Shown here in pieces: positions 47,860-56,177 of a stretch of DNA of 64,000 bases. Each line of letters opens with the position of its first letter. The stretch's first letter is position 1. Under the pieces are notes generated by a model. That model did no database searches. It saw nothing but the letters and a program-made list of their open reading frames with translations, and was not told the origin of the DNA. The stretch is taken from the NCBI GenBank assembly GCA_964510315.1, contig CAZEAP010000004.1:67092-131091 (forward strand), read 5' to 3'. A program made the position numbers and the translations under genes. The stretch comes from an uncultured candidatus Brocadiaceae bacterium. Lineage in GTDB: Bacteria > Planctomycetota > Brocadiia > SM23-32.

Positions 47860-48390
47860 ATGAACGGAGGCAAGCCGAGGGTTTCGCGACGTCAGCTCGT
47901 CGCCAACCGACGTAACGCAACAAAGGGCGGTCCCAAAACGCCGGAGGGCAAAAAGAAGTCCAGCCGCAACGCGCGTAAACACGGCATCTTCGTCGAAGCC
48001 CTCACCAACGACGACCGGGAGGAGCTGAGCGACCTCCACGAGCGGTTCGCCGAGGACCTCCAGCCGACCGGTTCCGTCGAGGAGACCCTGGTGGAGAAGC
48101 TGGCGGTCTGCTACCTGCGGCTCCAGCGCTGCGCCCGGGCGGAGGCCGAATACCACCACGCCACGTGGACGCCCGTCCCCCCGAAAAAGCGCCGCAGGTG
48201 CCTGAACCCCGGCAGCTACTTCAAGTCCGGCCCCTTCAGCCGGATCGTCAAGCTGGTGCAGCGATACGACACCTCGATCACCAACCAGTTCCTGAGGGTG
48301 CTCCACGAGCTGGAGCGGCTGCAGCGGATCCGCCGCGGCGACAACGTCTCGCCCCCGGTGACGGCCGACGTGCACGTGACCGGTTCGTGA
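47860..48390 (+). CDS. Hypothetical protein of the 'ANR.NA..GP.T.EGK..S..NA.KHG' type
   Basis: 176-aa ORF with GGAG RBS and coding-like codon use; N-terminal motif recalled from uncharacterised proteins of planctomycetes/acidobacteria. Confidence 0.85.
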   Translation: MNGGKPRVSRRQLVANRRNATKGGPKTPEGKKKSSRNARKHGIFVEALTNDDREELSDLHERFAEDLQPTGSVEETLVEKLAVCYLRLQRCARAEAEYHHATWTPVPPKKRRRCLNPGSYFKSGPFSRIVKLVQRYDTSITNQFLRVLHELERLQRIRRGDNVSPPVTADVHVTGS

Positions 48391-48454
48391 GTCGTCAACG
48401 GGGGTCACCACGAAGAGCACGAAGGGACACGAAGAACGAAGGAGGAGGAGGACG

Positions 48455-48523
48455 AACGGCTGAACAACCCGGCAACACAACATCCGGGAACCCTGTGCTG
48501 CCTACTGACTACTGACTACTGAC
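48455..48523 (+). repeat. 69-bp direct repeat, copy 2
   Basis: Matches 46990-47058 with one mismatch. Confidence 0.97.
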
Positions 48524-48578
48524 TACCGTCTTTCGTTCAGGTTGACAGACATGTCGGCATGTACCGGACGAGTCCCGG

Positions 48579-48902
48579 CTGCCCGGCATCCGGCCACTGG
48601 GCTCTGTAAGAGCCCGACATACCAGCCCAGGGCGGAGCCCTGGGAAAAATGATCGGCAAAAGCAGGGCGCCCTGAAAGGGCGCGACATGTTCGTTCAAGA
48701 CATGTCGCCATGTACCGGACGAGTCCCGGCTGCCCGGCGTATGTCTCGCCCCTACAGGGCTCAACTATTTGGGGGGTGGACCCGGGTCCCCAGGGCTACG
48801 CCCTGGGCTGTGTATGTAACGCCCCTGCGGGGCTGCGATGTGTGATATACCGCGTTGCCCGGGTCGCTCTGGACGCTGAAAACGTACGACCAGGATGCCC
48901 CG
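48579..48902 (+). repeat. REP/REPIN-like cassette, copy 3
   Basis: 66-bp module plus about 260-bp cassette matching copies at 47394 and 47065. Confidence 0.93.
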
Positions 48903-49056
48903 GCACTGTCTACTGTCTACTGACTACTCTCTACTGACTACTGTCTACTGACCACTGTCTACTGACTACTGTCTACTGACTACTGGCCACTGGCCACTGT
49001 CTACTGCCTACTGGCCACTGGCCACTGACTACTGACTACTCTCTACTGACTACTGA
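48903..49056 (+). repeat. Heptamer tandem array, 22 units
   Basis: Counted unit by unit (first unit GCACTGT); same unit family and orientation as 47697-47850. Confidence 0.98.
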
Positions 49057-49489
49057 TTGCTGACCCCCGGTTACGAAACGAACCCATTTTCCCGCAGGGC
49101 ATACGCGGGGAAGCACTTACGACACAAAATCCAAATCGGCGTACGGAGCCGGATGTATACGCGAAACCACAGAAAGGACACTTTTGGCTTGCCGCGTCCG
49201 GACGGCCGGGCGGCGGCCATGGCCTCCCGGCAGGACCTTCAGCCGCGGGAGATCGACGTCCGGCGGCTGCAGGAGCATCTGGTAGAGATCGGGAACCTGC
49301 CGGCCGCCGTATCCTCTCCGAATACCGGTGCGACCTGCGCGGCCTGTTCGCGCGTCACGCCGAGTGGGTTCTGGGCCAGAGGACGGAAGAAGGCTGATGC
49401 GGTTGCCCGGCAGGGCCGCTGCTATTACACTGCGAGGCCGGATCCGCGCAAATCAATAATTGACCGAGCAGGTCACGGAAGGAGAGAGG

Positions 49490-50230
49490 ATGGGAATCGG
49501 ATACCAGGACACGCCGCTGATTCCGGGGACGAACTGGCACGTGCACGACGGCGAGCGGCCCCAGCCGCCCGTAGCCAGCCCCACAAACCTTGGCGAGATC
49601 GGCCCGGTCCTGCCCCCGGGGGATGCGGTGGTGCTGTTCGACGGCTCGGACCTGGAGCAGTGGGAGTCGGCCAAAGACGGCGGAGCGGCGGAGTGGGAGA
49701 TCATTGGAGACGCCATGCGGGTCGTCCCCGGCACGGGGGGCATCCGCACCAGGCGCAAGTTCGGCGACATACAGTTGCACGCGGAATGGGCCGCGCCGGC
49801 CGAGGTGAAGGGCGAGAGCCAGGGCCGCGGGAACTCCGGCGTCTTCCTGATGGAGCGTTACGAGATACAGGTGCTGGACTGCTACGAGAACCCCACTTAT
49901 CCCGACGGCACCACCGGCGCCGTTTACGGGCAGTATCCGCCGCTGGTCAACGCGTGCGTCCCGCCGGGGAAGTGGAACACCTACGACATCCTCTGGGAGG
50001 CGCCGGTCTTCGAGGGCGAGGAGGTGGCGAAGCCCGCCTTCGTTACCGTCCTTCAGAACGGCGTTCTGCTGCACAACCACGTCAGGCTCATGGGGCCGAC
50101 CGGCCACAAGATCGTCCCCGAATACACCCCGCACGAACCCGAGGGAAGCATCTCCCTGCAGGACCATGGGGACCTGGTGAGCTTCCGCAACATCTGGGTC
50201 CGCGAACTCAAAGGCTACGACCAGGGCTAA
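49490..50230 (+). CDS. DUF1080 (3-keto-disaccharide hydrolase-like) protein
   Basis: LFDGSDL..W, FGD.QLH.EW, GNSGVFL..RYE.QVLD, W..YDI, LQDHG..V.FRNIW; GGAG RBS. Confidence 0.93.
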   Translation: MGIGYQDTPLIPGTNWHVHDGERPQPPVASPTNLGEIGPVLPPGDAVVLFDGSDLEQWESAKDGGAAEWEIIGDAMRVVPGTGGIRTRRKFGDIQLHAEWAAPAEVKGESQGRGNSGVFLMERYEIQVLDCYENPTYPDGTTGAVYGQYPPLVNACVPPGKWNTYDILWEAPVFEGEEVAKPAFVTVLQNGVLLHNHVRLMGPTGHKIVPEYTPHEPEGSISLQDHGDLVSFRNIWVRELKGYDQG

Positions 50231-50307
50231 CGGGCCGCGCGTTCCGACGATTCCGATTGACGCCGGGACCCGTTCTTGCTGAGGGGATTCTCCGGGGAAG
50301 TGGCGCC

Positions 50308-50500
50308 GATGAGGCAGCCCCCACCGGCCGAACTTCTCACCACGTTCAGCGTCGAGCCCTTCGGCGGGAGCATCGTGCGACTGGCCGACGTCGACGGGCA
50401 AGAGGAGATGCTTATCCCCCGGTGCCCCGGTCAGTTCAAATCCCAACTCTATGCCGACCGGGATGACGTTACCGAACAGGACCAGAAGCTCCACTATGCG
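50308..50500 (+). pseudogene. Possible 5' fragment of a larger secreted/FG-GAP-like protein
   Basis: VRLADVDG.EEML....GQFKSQLY looks like a degenerate DxDGDG..E loop; frame decays quickly. Confidence 0.3.
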
Positions 50501-50591
50501 GGGCCACAACATGCTGCACGAGGAGGGAGAGCACAGGCGAGGGAGCCTGCCTGACAGGGTAGTTGCAGGCGGTAACTCCCAAACCCTCGGC

Positions 50592-51362
50592 TCAGGGCCG
50601 TCCTATTCCCGCCGGGGGACCACCGCTTCCACGAGGGTCTGGCTGTCCTGCGCCCCTGTCGTCGTCTTCGTCCTCTTCCTCTGTGTGGCCGGGTTTTCCG
50701 CGGGGGATTCCGGCCGGGGGTCCGACTGAAGCGACGTCGTCCGGGCCCCGCCCGCGCGCAACCCGCAGAGCTGAGAGGGCGGCCTGTCGTCCTATCAGGG
50801 AGGATTCTCTTGCATGCTGAAGCGCTTCCTGTGCTTGCTCCGGAGCGCGTGCCGCAGCCTGCTCCAGCGCTTTCAGATGGCTTTGTGTTCCGGCCTCGAC
50901 TTTTTCCAGGGCCTTGTCGATGCCGGCGCCCGCGCTGCGGGCCTGCTCCAGTTGCGCGAGCGTATCCTGCACTGCCTGCCCGTATTCGCCGGCCAGCACC
51001 CCGGCGTATCCATCTGAGTTGGGTCCCTCCAGGCCGGTCATTTCTTCCACTCGCCCTTGCGCTTGCTTCCAGCGGAACTCAGCCCGTCTGAACGGACCCT
51101 TGATTCGAGCAAACGCGACAGCTTCGTGGGCCTTCCGTCTCCCATGCCGGGAGAGGTGGATACTCTCCCTGATGGCTGGTCTGGCCTCTTCGGGAACCTC
51201 CTCGAGCAAGTCACTCAGCACCGAAATATGTTTTTCTGTGGCCGCATCCAGACGCTTCAGCGCCTCCTCCGTGCCCGCTTCGGACGGTCCCGTGGCGATG
51301 GCCGCGACGGCAAGCACCGCCGGCAGAGATAGGATGCCCAGGGCAACTACTGTCCGCTTCAT
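50592..51362 (-). CDS. Secreted helical-repeat protein, DUF5667-like
   Basis: Signal peptide; two copies of KH..VL..L.E..PE.A..A; Gly/Pro-rich tail. Confidence 0.7.
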   Translation of the reverse strand: MKRTVVALGILSLPAVLAVAAIATGPSEAGTEEALKRLDAATEKHISVLSDLLEEVPEEARPAIRESIHLSRHGRRKAHEAVAFARIKGPFRRAEFRWKQAQGRVEEMTGLEGPNSDGYAGVLAGEYGQAVQDTLAQLEQARSAGAGIDKALEKVEAGTQSHLKALEQAAARAPEQAQEALQHARESSLIGRQAALSALRVARGRGPDDVASVGPPAGIPRGKPGHTEEEDEDDDRGAGQPDPRGSGGPPAGIGRP

Positions 51363-51565
51363 AGCACACCCCCCTTTCAAGCTCTAAGACCGACTGACCT
51401 TTCCGTTGCCTCATCCTGCAACATTAGTTCTATGGTTCAATGGTGCAAATGCCGCGCCGGAAGCAGATCGGGCGTAGCGCCCCTGCCACTTCGTAGTGTG
51501 CCTCGGGAGCCGCGTACGGGGGGAGCTACGGGCTCCGGGAGGATGTTCCCCAATGCTCTGAGAGG

Positions 51566-51760
51566 ATGATCTACCGCGCCATGCCCACTACCTCTCAGGG
51601 CCACACATACCAATGGTGGACCGGGCATGACGAGATATACGCCACGGGGGCCTGGCTCATCTTCGGGTTCCAGGACAACGCCAACTACCACCATGCGGGG
51701 TTCGACGACACCCGTCTACACCTCATAAGGGTCGCCCCGAGCCGGCCGGACTGGCTCTGA
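51566..51760 (+). pseudogene. Possible C-terminal fragment of a lectin/beta-jelly-roll domain protein
   Basis: 64-aa aromatic-rich frame (WLIFGFQDNANYHHAGFD) with no recognisable full gene. Confidence 0.3.
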
Positions 51761-51851
51761 AGGCGGCAGTCGGCGGCGAGTCGCCCTTTTCGGAGCTTTT
51801 TCCCTCTCCGCGTGGGTGGGAACCATGTCCTGGCAAGCTAACGTAACTCGG

Positions 51852-51880
51852 TTGACTTGACGCGATGAATGCGATAGGTT
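51852..51880 (+). promoter_or_regulatory. Sigma70-type promoter for pheA-tpiA operon
   Basis: TTGACT (51852-51857), 17-nt spacer, TAGGTT (51875-51880). Confidence 0.5.
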
Positions 51881-51962
51881 GATGAAGACACTGTATGCTT
51901 TGCGGTGTCCGGTCCGTTTCCTGCCGTCATTCCATCCTTAATCCGTGTGGGACCTGCGGCCC

Positions 51963-53027
51963 ATGGATCTGGATGAACTCCGCGCCAAGATCGACGAACT
52001 GGACCACCGGATCGTCCGGCTGGTCAACGAGCGAGCCCGGGTCGCCCAGGAGATCGGCAAGCAGAAGGTCTCCGCCGACACCGCCGCATACATCCCCGCT
52101 CGTCACGAGGGCGTATATCAGAACGTCGTGGACGCCAACGAGGGCCCTCTGCCGGATGACTGCCTCCGGGCGGTTTACCGGGAGATCATGAGCGGTTGCC
52201 TCTCGCTGGAAAAACCGGTGAAGGTAGCCTTCCTGGGACCGGAGGGGACCTTCACCCACAGCGCGGCCCGGGGGAATTTCGGCGAATCGGTTCGCTACGC
52301 GCCCGCCCCCAGCATCGACGAGGTGTTCGGCGAGGTGGAACGGGGCCGGGCTGACTACGGGGTGGTGCCGGTGGAGAACTCAACCGGCGGCGGCATCCAC
52401 GAGACGCTCACCCGGTTCCTCAACAGCTCGCTGAAGGTCTGCGCCGAGATCGTCCACGAAATCCACCATGCGCTGATGGCCAACTGCCCGGCCGGGAAAG
52501 TGAAAACCATCTACAGCCGCGGACAGGTATTCCGTCAGACGCGTCGGTGGCTTCAGACTCACATGCCCGAGACCGAGTTACGAGAAGTCTCCAGCACCAG
52601 CGCGGCGGCCCGGATGGCCGCCGAGGAGCCCGGCGCCGCCGCCATCGGCAACGCTTCCCTGGCGGTTGCCCACGGGCTGGAGGTGCTGGCCGACCACATC
52701 GAAGACTATTCCCATAACGTGACCCGCTTTTTCGTGCTGGGCGAGGAAACGAGCGGACCCACAGGGGACGACAAGACCGCCGTGCTGTGCAGCGTGCGGG
52801 ACGAGGTGGGGGCGCTCCATGATCTGCTCGCCCCGTTTAAAGAACACGAAATCAACATGACGAAGATCGAGTCCTTCCCTTCGCCCGACGCGGCGTGGCA
52901 GTACTACTTCTTCATAGACTTTCTGGGACACCCGCAGGAAGAGCGCACCCGCCGCGCGCTGGAACAGATGCAAAGAGAATGCGTGTCGTTTGAAGTGCTC
53001 GGGGCCTTTCCGCGCGCCCGCGATTAG
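51963..53027 (+). CDS. pheA: Chorismate mutase/prephenate dehydratase (P-protein)
   Basis: LDELRAKIDELD, FLGPEGTF, VPVENSTGG, N.TRF, MTKIES.P. Confidence 0.97.
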   Translation: MDLDELRAKIDELDHRIVRLVNERARVAQEIGKQKVSADTAAYIPARHEGVYQNVVDANEGPLPDDCLRAVYREIMSGCLSLEKPVKVAFLGPEGTFTHSAARGNFGESVRYAPAPSIDEVFGEVERGRADYGVVPVENSTGGGIHETLTRFLNSSLKVCAEIVHEIHHALMANCPAGKVKTIYSRGQVFRQTRRWLQTHMPETELREVSSTSAAARMAAEEPGAAAIGNASLAVAHGLEVLADHIEDYSHNVTRFFVLGEETSGPTGDDKTAVLCSVRDEVGALHDLLAPFKEHEINMTKIESFPSPDAAWQYYFFIDFLGHPQEERTRRALEQMQRECVSFEVLGAFPRARD

Positions 53028-53052
53028 AGACTTTTGCCTCCGGGAGCAGACG

Positions 53053-53811
53053 ATGAGAAAGCTCTTTGTCGCCGGAAACTGGAAGATGAACCTGGACGGC
53101 CAGCAGTGCCGGGAGCTGGCCGACGCACTGAAGAAGCAGATCGGGGACGTCGAGCAGGTCCGAACGGCCGTCTGCCCGCCTTTCGTCTACATCCCCCCCG
53201 TCGTCGATGCGCTGCAGGGCAGCAAGGTCGGCGTCGGCGGCCAGAACATGTATGTGGAAGCCGACGGGGCATACACCGGTGAAATCAGCGGTCCCATGCT
53301 GCTGGACATCGGCTGCCGCTACGTCATCCTCGGCCACTCGGAGCGGCGTCACATCCTGGGGGAGAGCGATGATTTCATCAATCAGAAGGTCCACAAAGCG
53401 CTCCAGTGCGGGCTGGAGCCGATCCTCTGCCTGGGGGAGAAGCTGGAGCAACGGGAGGCCGGCGAGATGGAGAAGGTGGTCGCCGGGCAACTGAAGGACG
53501 GCCTGAAGGACGTATCCCCGGAGCAGGTCTCGAAGGTCACCCTGGCCTACGAGCCGGTCTGGGCCATCGGCACCGGGGAGACGGCCACGCCGGACCAGGC
53601 CGAGGAAGCTCACGCATACCTGCGGAGCGTGCTGGCCGATCTATACGGCGATGAGGTGGCCGAGAACACAATCATTCAATACGGCGGCAGCATCAAACCG
53701 CACAACGCGGCGGACCTGATGAATATGCCCAACGTGGACGGCGGGCTGGTGGGCGGGGCAAGTCTCAGCGCCGAGACGTTCGTGCCCATCGTGCAGTCGG
53801 TTATGGACTGA
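53053..53811 (+). CDS. tpiA: Triosephosphate isomerase
   Basis: AGNWKMN, GHSERR, AYEPVWAIGTG, YGGS, LVGGASL. Confidence 0.99.
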   Translation: MRKLFVAGNWKMNLDGQQCRELADALKKQIGDVEQVRTAVCPPFVYIPPVVDALQGSKVGVGGQNMYVEADGAYTGEISGPMLLDIGCRYVILGHSERRHILGESDDFINQKVHKALQCGLEPILCLGEKLEQREAGEMEKVVAGQLKDGLKDVSPEQVSKVTLAYEPVWAIGTGETATPDQAEEAHAYLRSVLADLYGDEVAENTIIQYGGSIKPHNAADLMNMPNVDGGLVGGASLSAETFVPIVQSVMD

Positions 53812-53831
53812 CCAAACGGAAGGCACCGGAA

Positions 53832-54356
53832 ATGGATCCCGAACAATTCCGCAGCAGGCTGAAGAAGGGCCTCATCATCGCCGTGTTCTTCGCGCTGGGC
53901 CTGGTATTCCACAGGATGGGCTGGCGCACGGGGCTGGTGATATACCTGTTCCTCGTGGCCGCCGTCTCGATACTGACCATCCTGATCCAGAGCGGCCGTG
54001 GAGGCGGGCTGGCCTCCTCACTCGGAGGCCTGGGAGGGGACTCGGTCCTGGGAGTCCATTCCGCCAGTCCCATAGCCCACGCCACTTACGTGCTGCTTGC
54101 CCTGTTCGTGTTTCTCTCCATGCTGGCGGCCCGCATGGAGCCGCCACAGGCGGCGGGAGGAGGGGTGCTGGAGACCACGAGGGAGAGCGCGCCCCCCGCC
54201 GAGGAACCGGCGCCCCCAGGGGGGGCCGTGCCGTCGGAGCCGGGGGAGGTTGCTCCGCCGCAGCCGGCCCCTCCGGCAGAGGGAGCCGCGCCGGCGCCCT
54301 CACCGGAAACCGCCACCACGGAACCATCCACTGAAGAGACGGGCGGCAATGATTAG
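53832..54356 (+). CDS. secG: Preprotein translocase subunit SecG
   Basis: ILIQSGRGGGLASSLGG motif, flanking TMs, position after tpiA. Confidence 0.85.
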   Translation: MDPEQFRSRLKKGLIIAVFFALGLVFHRMGWRTGLVIYLFLVAAVSILTILIQSGRGGGLASSLGGLGGDSVLGVHSASPIAHATYVLLALFVFLSMLAARMEPPQAAGGGVLETTRESAPPAEEPAPPGGAVPSEPGEVAPPQPAPPAEGAAPAPSPETATTEPSTEETGGND

Positions 54357-55236
54357 AAGCATGACCGGGTTCGGCTATGCCGAGAAGATATGCGACGGGT
54401 GGTTCCTGCGGGTGGAAACCCGGACGGTCAATCACCGGGAACTGCAGGTCACCTTCCGGATGCCGGAGCCCTTCCGGCTGAAGGAGGTAGCTCTCCAGAA
54501 GGTCCTCCAGCAGGAACTCCACAGGGGTCACGTCTACTTCTCCCTGGTTTGCGAGCGGCAAGAGGCGGAGGGGCGGGTCCACATTGACGAGGAGACCGTC
54601 TCCCACTACCTGCGCTCCCTGAAGGCCCTCTCCGCTGAGCAGGGAGTGCCCCTGCAGGTGGACCTGGCCTCCATCCTCCGCCTCCCGGGCACGCTGCAGG
54701 AGGCAGCGGTGGACGAGGAGCTGCGCGAAACCCTTTGGGACGAGGTGGTGGAGGTGACCCGTGATGCCCTCGACGCCCTGGTGGAGATGCGCAGGAACGA
54801 AGGGGAGAACCTCCAGGTGCAGCTCCGGCAGCTATGCGATGAGATGAGCGAACTGATCGACGACATCGAGAAGGAACAGGAAGGCTTCGTGCCCGCCTAC
54901 AGAGACCGCCTGAGGGAAAGGCTCAACCGGCTGCTGGAAGGCACCGACGTGGAACTCAACGCGGAGGTGGTCGGAAGGGAGGCGGCGGTCTACGCGGATC
55001 GCTGCGACGTGAGCGAAGAGATCGCCCGCCTCCGCAGCCATATCGATCAGTTCCATGAAACCCTCGGGGGAAGCGAGGAACCGGCGGGGCGAAGGATGGA
55101 GTTCATCGGGCAGGAGATGCTGCGGGAGGCGGGCACCATCGCCTCCAAAGTGCCGGCGGGGCGCCAGGTCGTTCAGGTGCTGGACCTGAAGACCGCCGTT
55201 GAACGGCTGCGGGAGCAGGTCCGCAACGTAGAATGA
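54349..55236 (+). CDS. yicC: YicC/YloC family endoribonuclease
   Basis: MIRSMTGFG, DVSEEIARL.SH, GRRMEFI.QEM.RE..T, REQV.NVE. Confidence 0.95.
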   Translation: MIRSMTGFGYAEKICDGWFLRVETRTVNHRELQVTFRMPEPFRLKEVALQKVLQQELHRGHVYFSLVCERQEAEGRVHIDEETVSHYLRSLKALSAEQGVPLQVDLASILRLPGTLQEAAVDEELRETLWDEVVEVTRDALDALVEMRRNEGENLQVQLRQLCDEMSELIDDIEKEQEGFVPAYRDRLRERLNRLLEGTDVELNAEVVGREAAVYADRCDVSEEIARLRSHIDQFHETLGGSEEPAGRRMEFIGQEMLREAGTIASKVPAGRQVVQVLDLKTAVERLREQVRNVE

Positions 55237-55271
55237 TCCCGCCGGCCCCACAGAGCGGGACGGCCGATTAG

Positions 55272-55889
55272 ATGAACCAACGGGAAACCGAAAGAGAACT
55301 GCTGAACCCGCGACAGGTCTTTGTTATCTCCGGGCCCAGCGGTGTCGGCAAAAACACCCTGGCCGACCGCCTCTGCGAGGAGGGACGGGCGGTGAGGGCG
55401 GTCACCGCCACGACGCGGCCGCCACGTCCCGGTGAGCGTGAGGGAGAGGATTACCTGTTCGTCAGCGAGGAGAAGTTCCGCCGATGGATGAAGGAAGGAC
55501 TCCTGCTGGAACACACTCGCTACGTCGGACATTGCTACGGAACCCCCGTGAAGTCGGTGAATCGGGCCGCCGCCTCCGGCCTGCCGGTCATCCTCACCAT
55601 CGACGTGGACGGCGGGCTACAGATAAAGAGCCGGTGGCCGGAGGTTACGTTGATCTTCCTGGCTCCGCCCTCCCGGGAGGAGTTGCGCCGACGGCTGGAA
55701 CAGAGGGGGCGCGACGACGAAGAGAGCATCCGGCGCCGACTCCGGCGCGCCGAACAGGAGCAGGAATACGCGCAACGCTACGACTACCGCGTGGTCAACG
55801 ATGACCTGGAGGAGGCGCTCCGGGAAGTCAGCGACGTCATGTCCGGGCGCTACGCCACCGAGAAGGGCGCACCTCAGTCGGAAAGGTGA
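55272..55889 (+). CDS. gmk: Guanylate kinase
   Basis: SGPSGVGK, TTRPPRPGE.EG.DY.F, YGTP, IFL.PPS. Confidence 0.97.
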   Translation: MNQRETERELLNPRQVFVISGPSGVGKNTLADRLCEEGRAVRAVTATTRPPRPGEREGEDYLFVSEEKFRRWMKEGLLLEHTRYVGHCYGTPVKSVNRAAASGLPVILTIDVDGGLQIKSRWPEVTLIFLAPPSREELRRRLEQRGRDDEESIRRRLRRAEQEQEYAQRYDYRVVNDDLEEALREVSDVMSGRYATEKGAPQSER

Positions 55890-55893
55890 GAAG

Positions 55894-56145
55894 ATGAGAG
55901 AAAGCGAAGAAGGACGAATCGAGGAACTCAGCCACACGTTGGGAGGCCGCTACAAGCTCACCACCCTGGTGCAGAAACAGGCACGCGAGTACGTCCGCGG
56001 CGGCGGCGCCTTTATGCCCAGCGTCCGCAACCTGGACGAACTGTTCCGCTACATCCTCAATGAGATAGAAGAGGGCCGCATCAAGCTCCTGTTGCCCGGC
56101 GAAATTGAACAGCGACAGGCCGAAGAACAGCAGGAAGAAGATTGA
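55894..56145 (+). CDS. rpoZ: RNA polymerase omega subunit (divergent)
   Basis: GGRYKL..LVQK.AR, EI.EG.I; between gmk and coaC. Confidence 0.8.
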   Translation: MRESEEGRIEELSHTLGGRYKLTTLVQKQAREYVRGGGAFMPSVRNLDELFRYILNEIEEGRIKLLLPGEIEQRQAEEQQEED

Positions 56146-56177
56146 GAACCCGACGTCCCCAGGAGAGAACATCCGTC

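Noticed and set aside
47065-48902. Hairpin cassettes as a CRISPR array
   Set aside because: Units are 200-300 bp with nested hairpins, have no regular unique spacers, and no cas genes are present
47051-48937. Small ORFs within the repeats (e.g. 47051-47302, 47366-47572, 48537-48764, 48710-48937)
   Set aside because: They are translations of repeat DNA, copies break in different frames, and no RBS is evident
39700-49200. Prophage or integrative element as the source of the island
   Set aside because: No integrase, phage structural gene, conjugation gene or tRNA attachment site seen
49057-50466. 469-aa ORF spanning the DUF1080 gene
   Set aside because: Arg/Pro-rich alternative frame; the DUF1080 frame has the conserved motifs and an RBS
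54300-54360. tRNA-Leu expected after secG (also looked upstream of tig)
   Set aside because: secG overlaps yicC directly, and no cloverleaf is visible at either site
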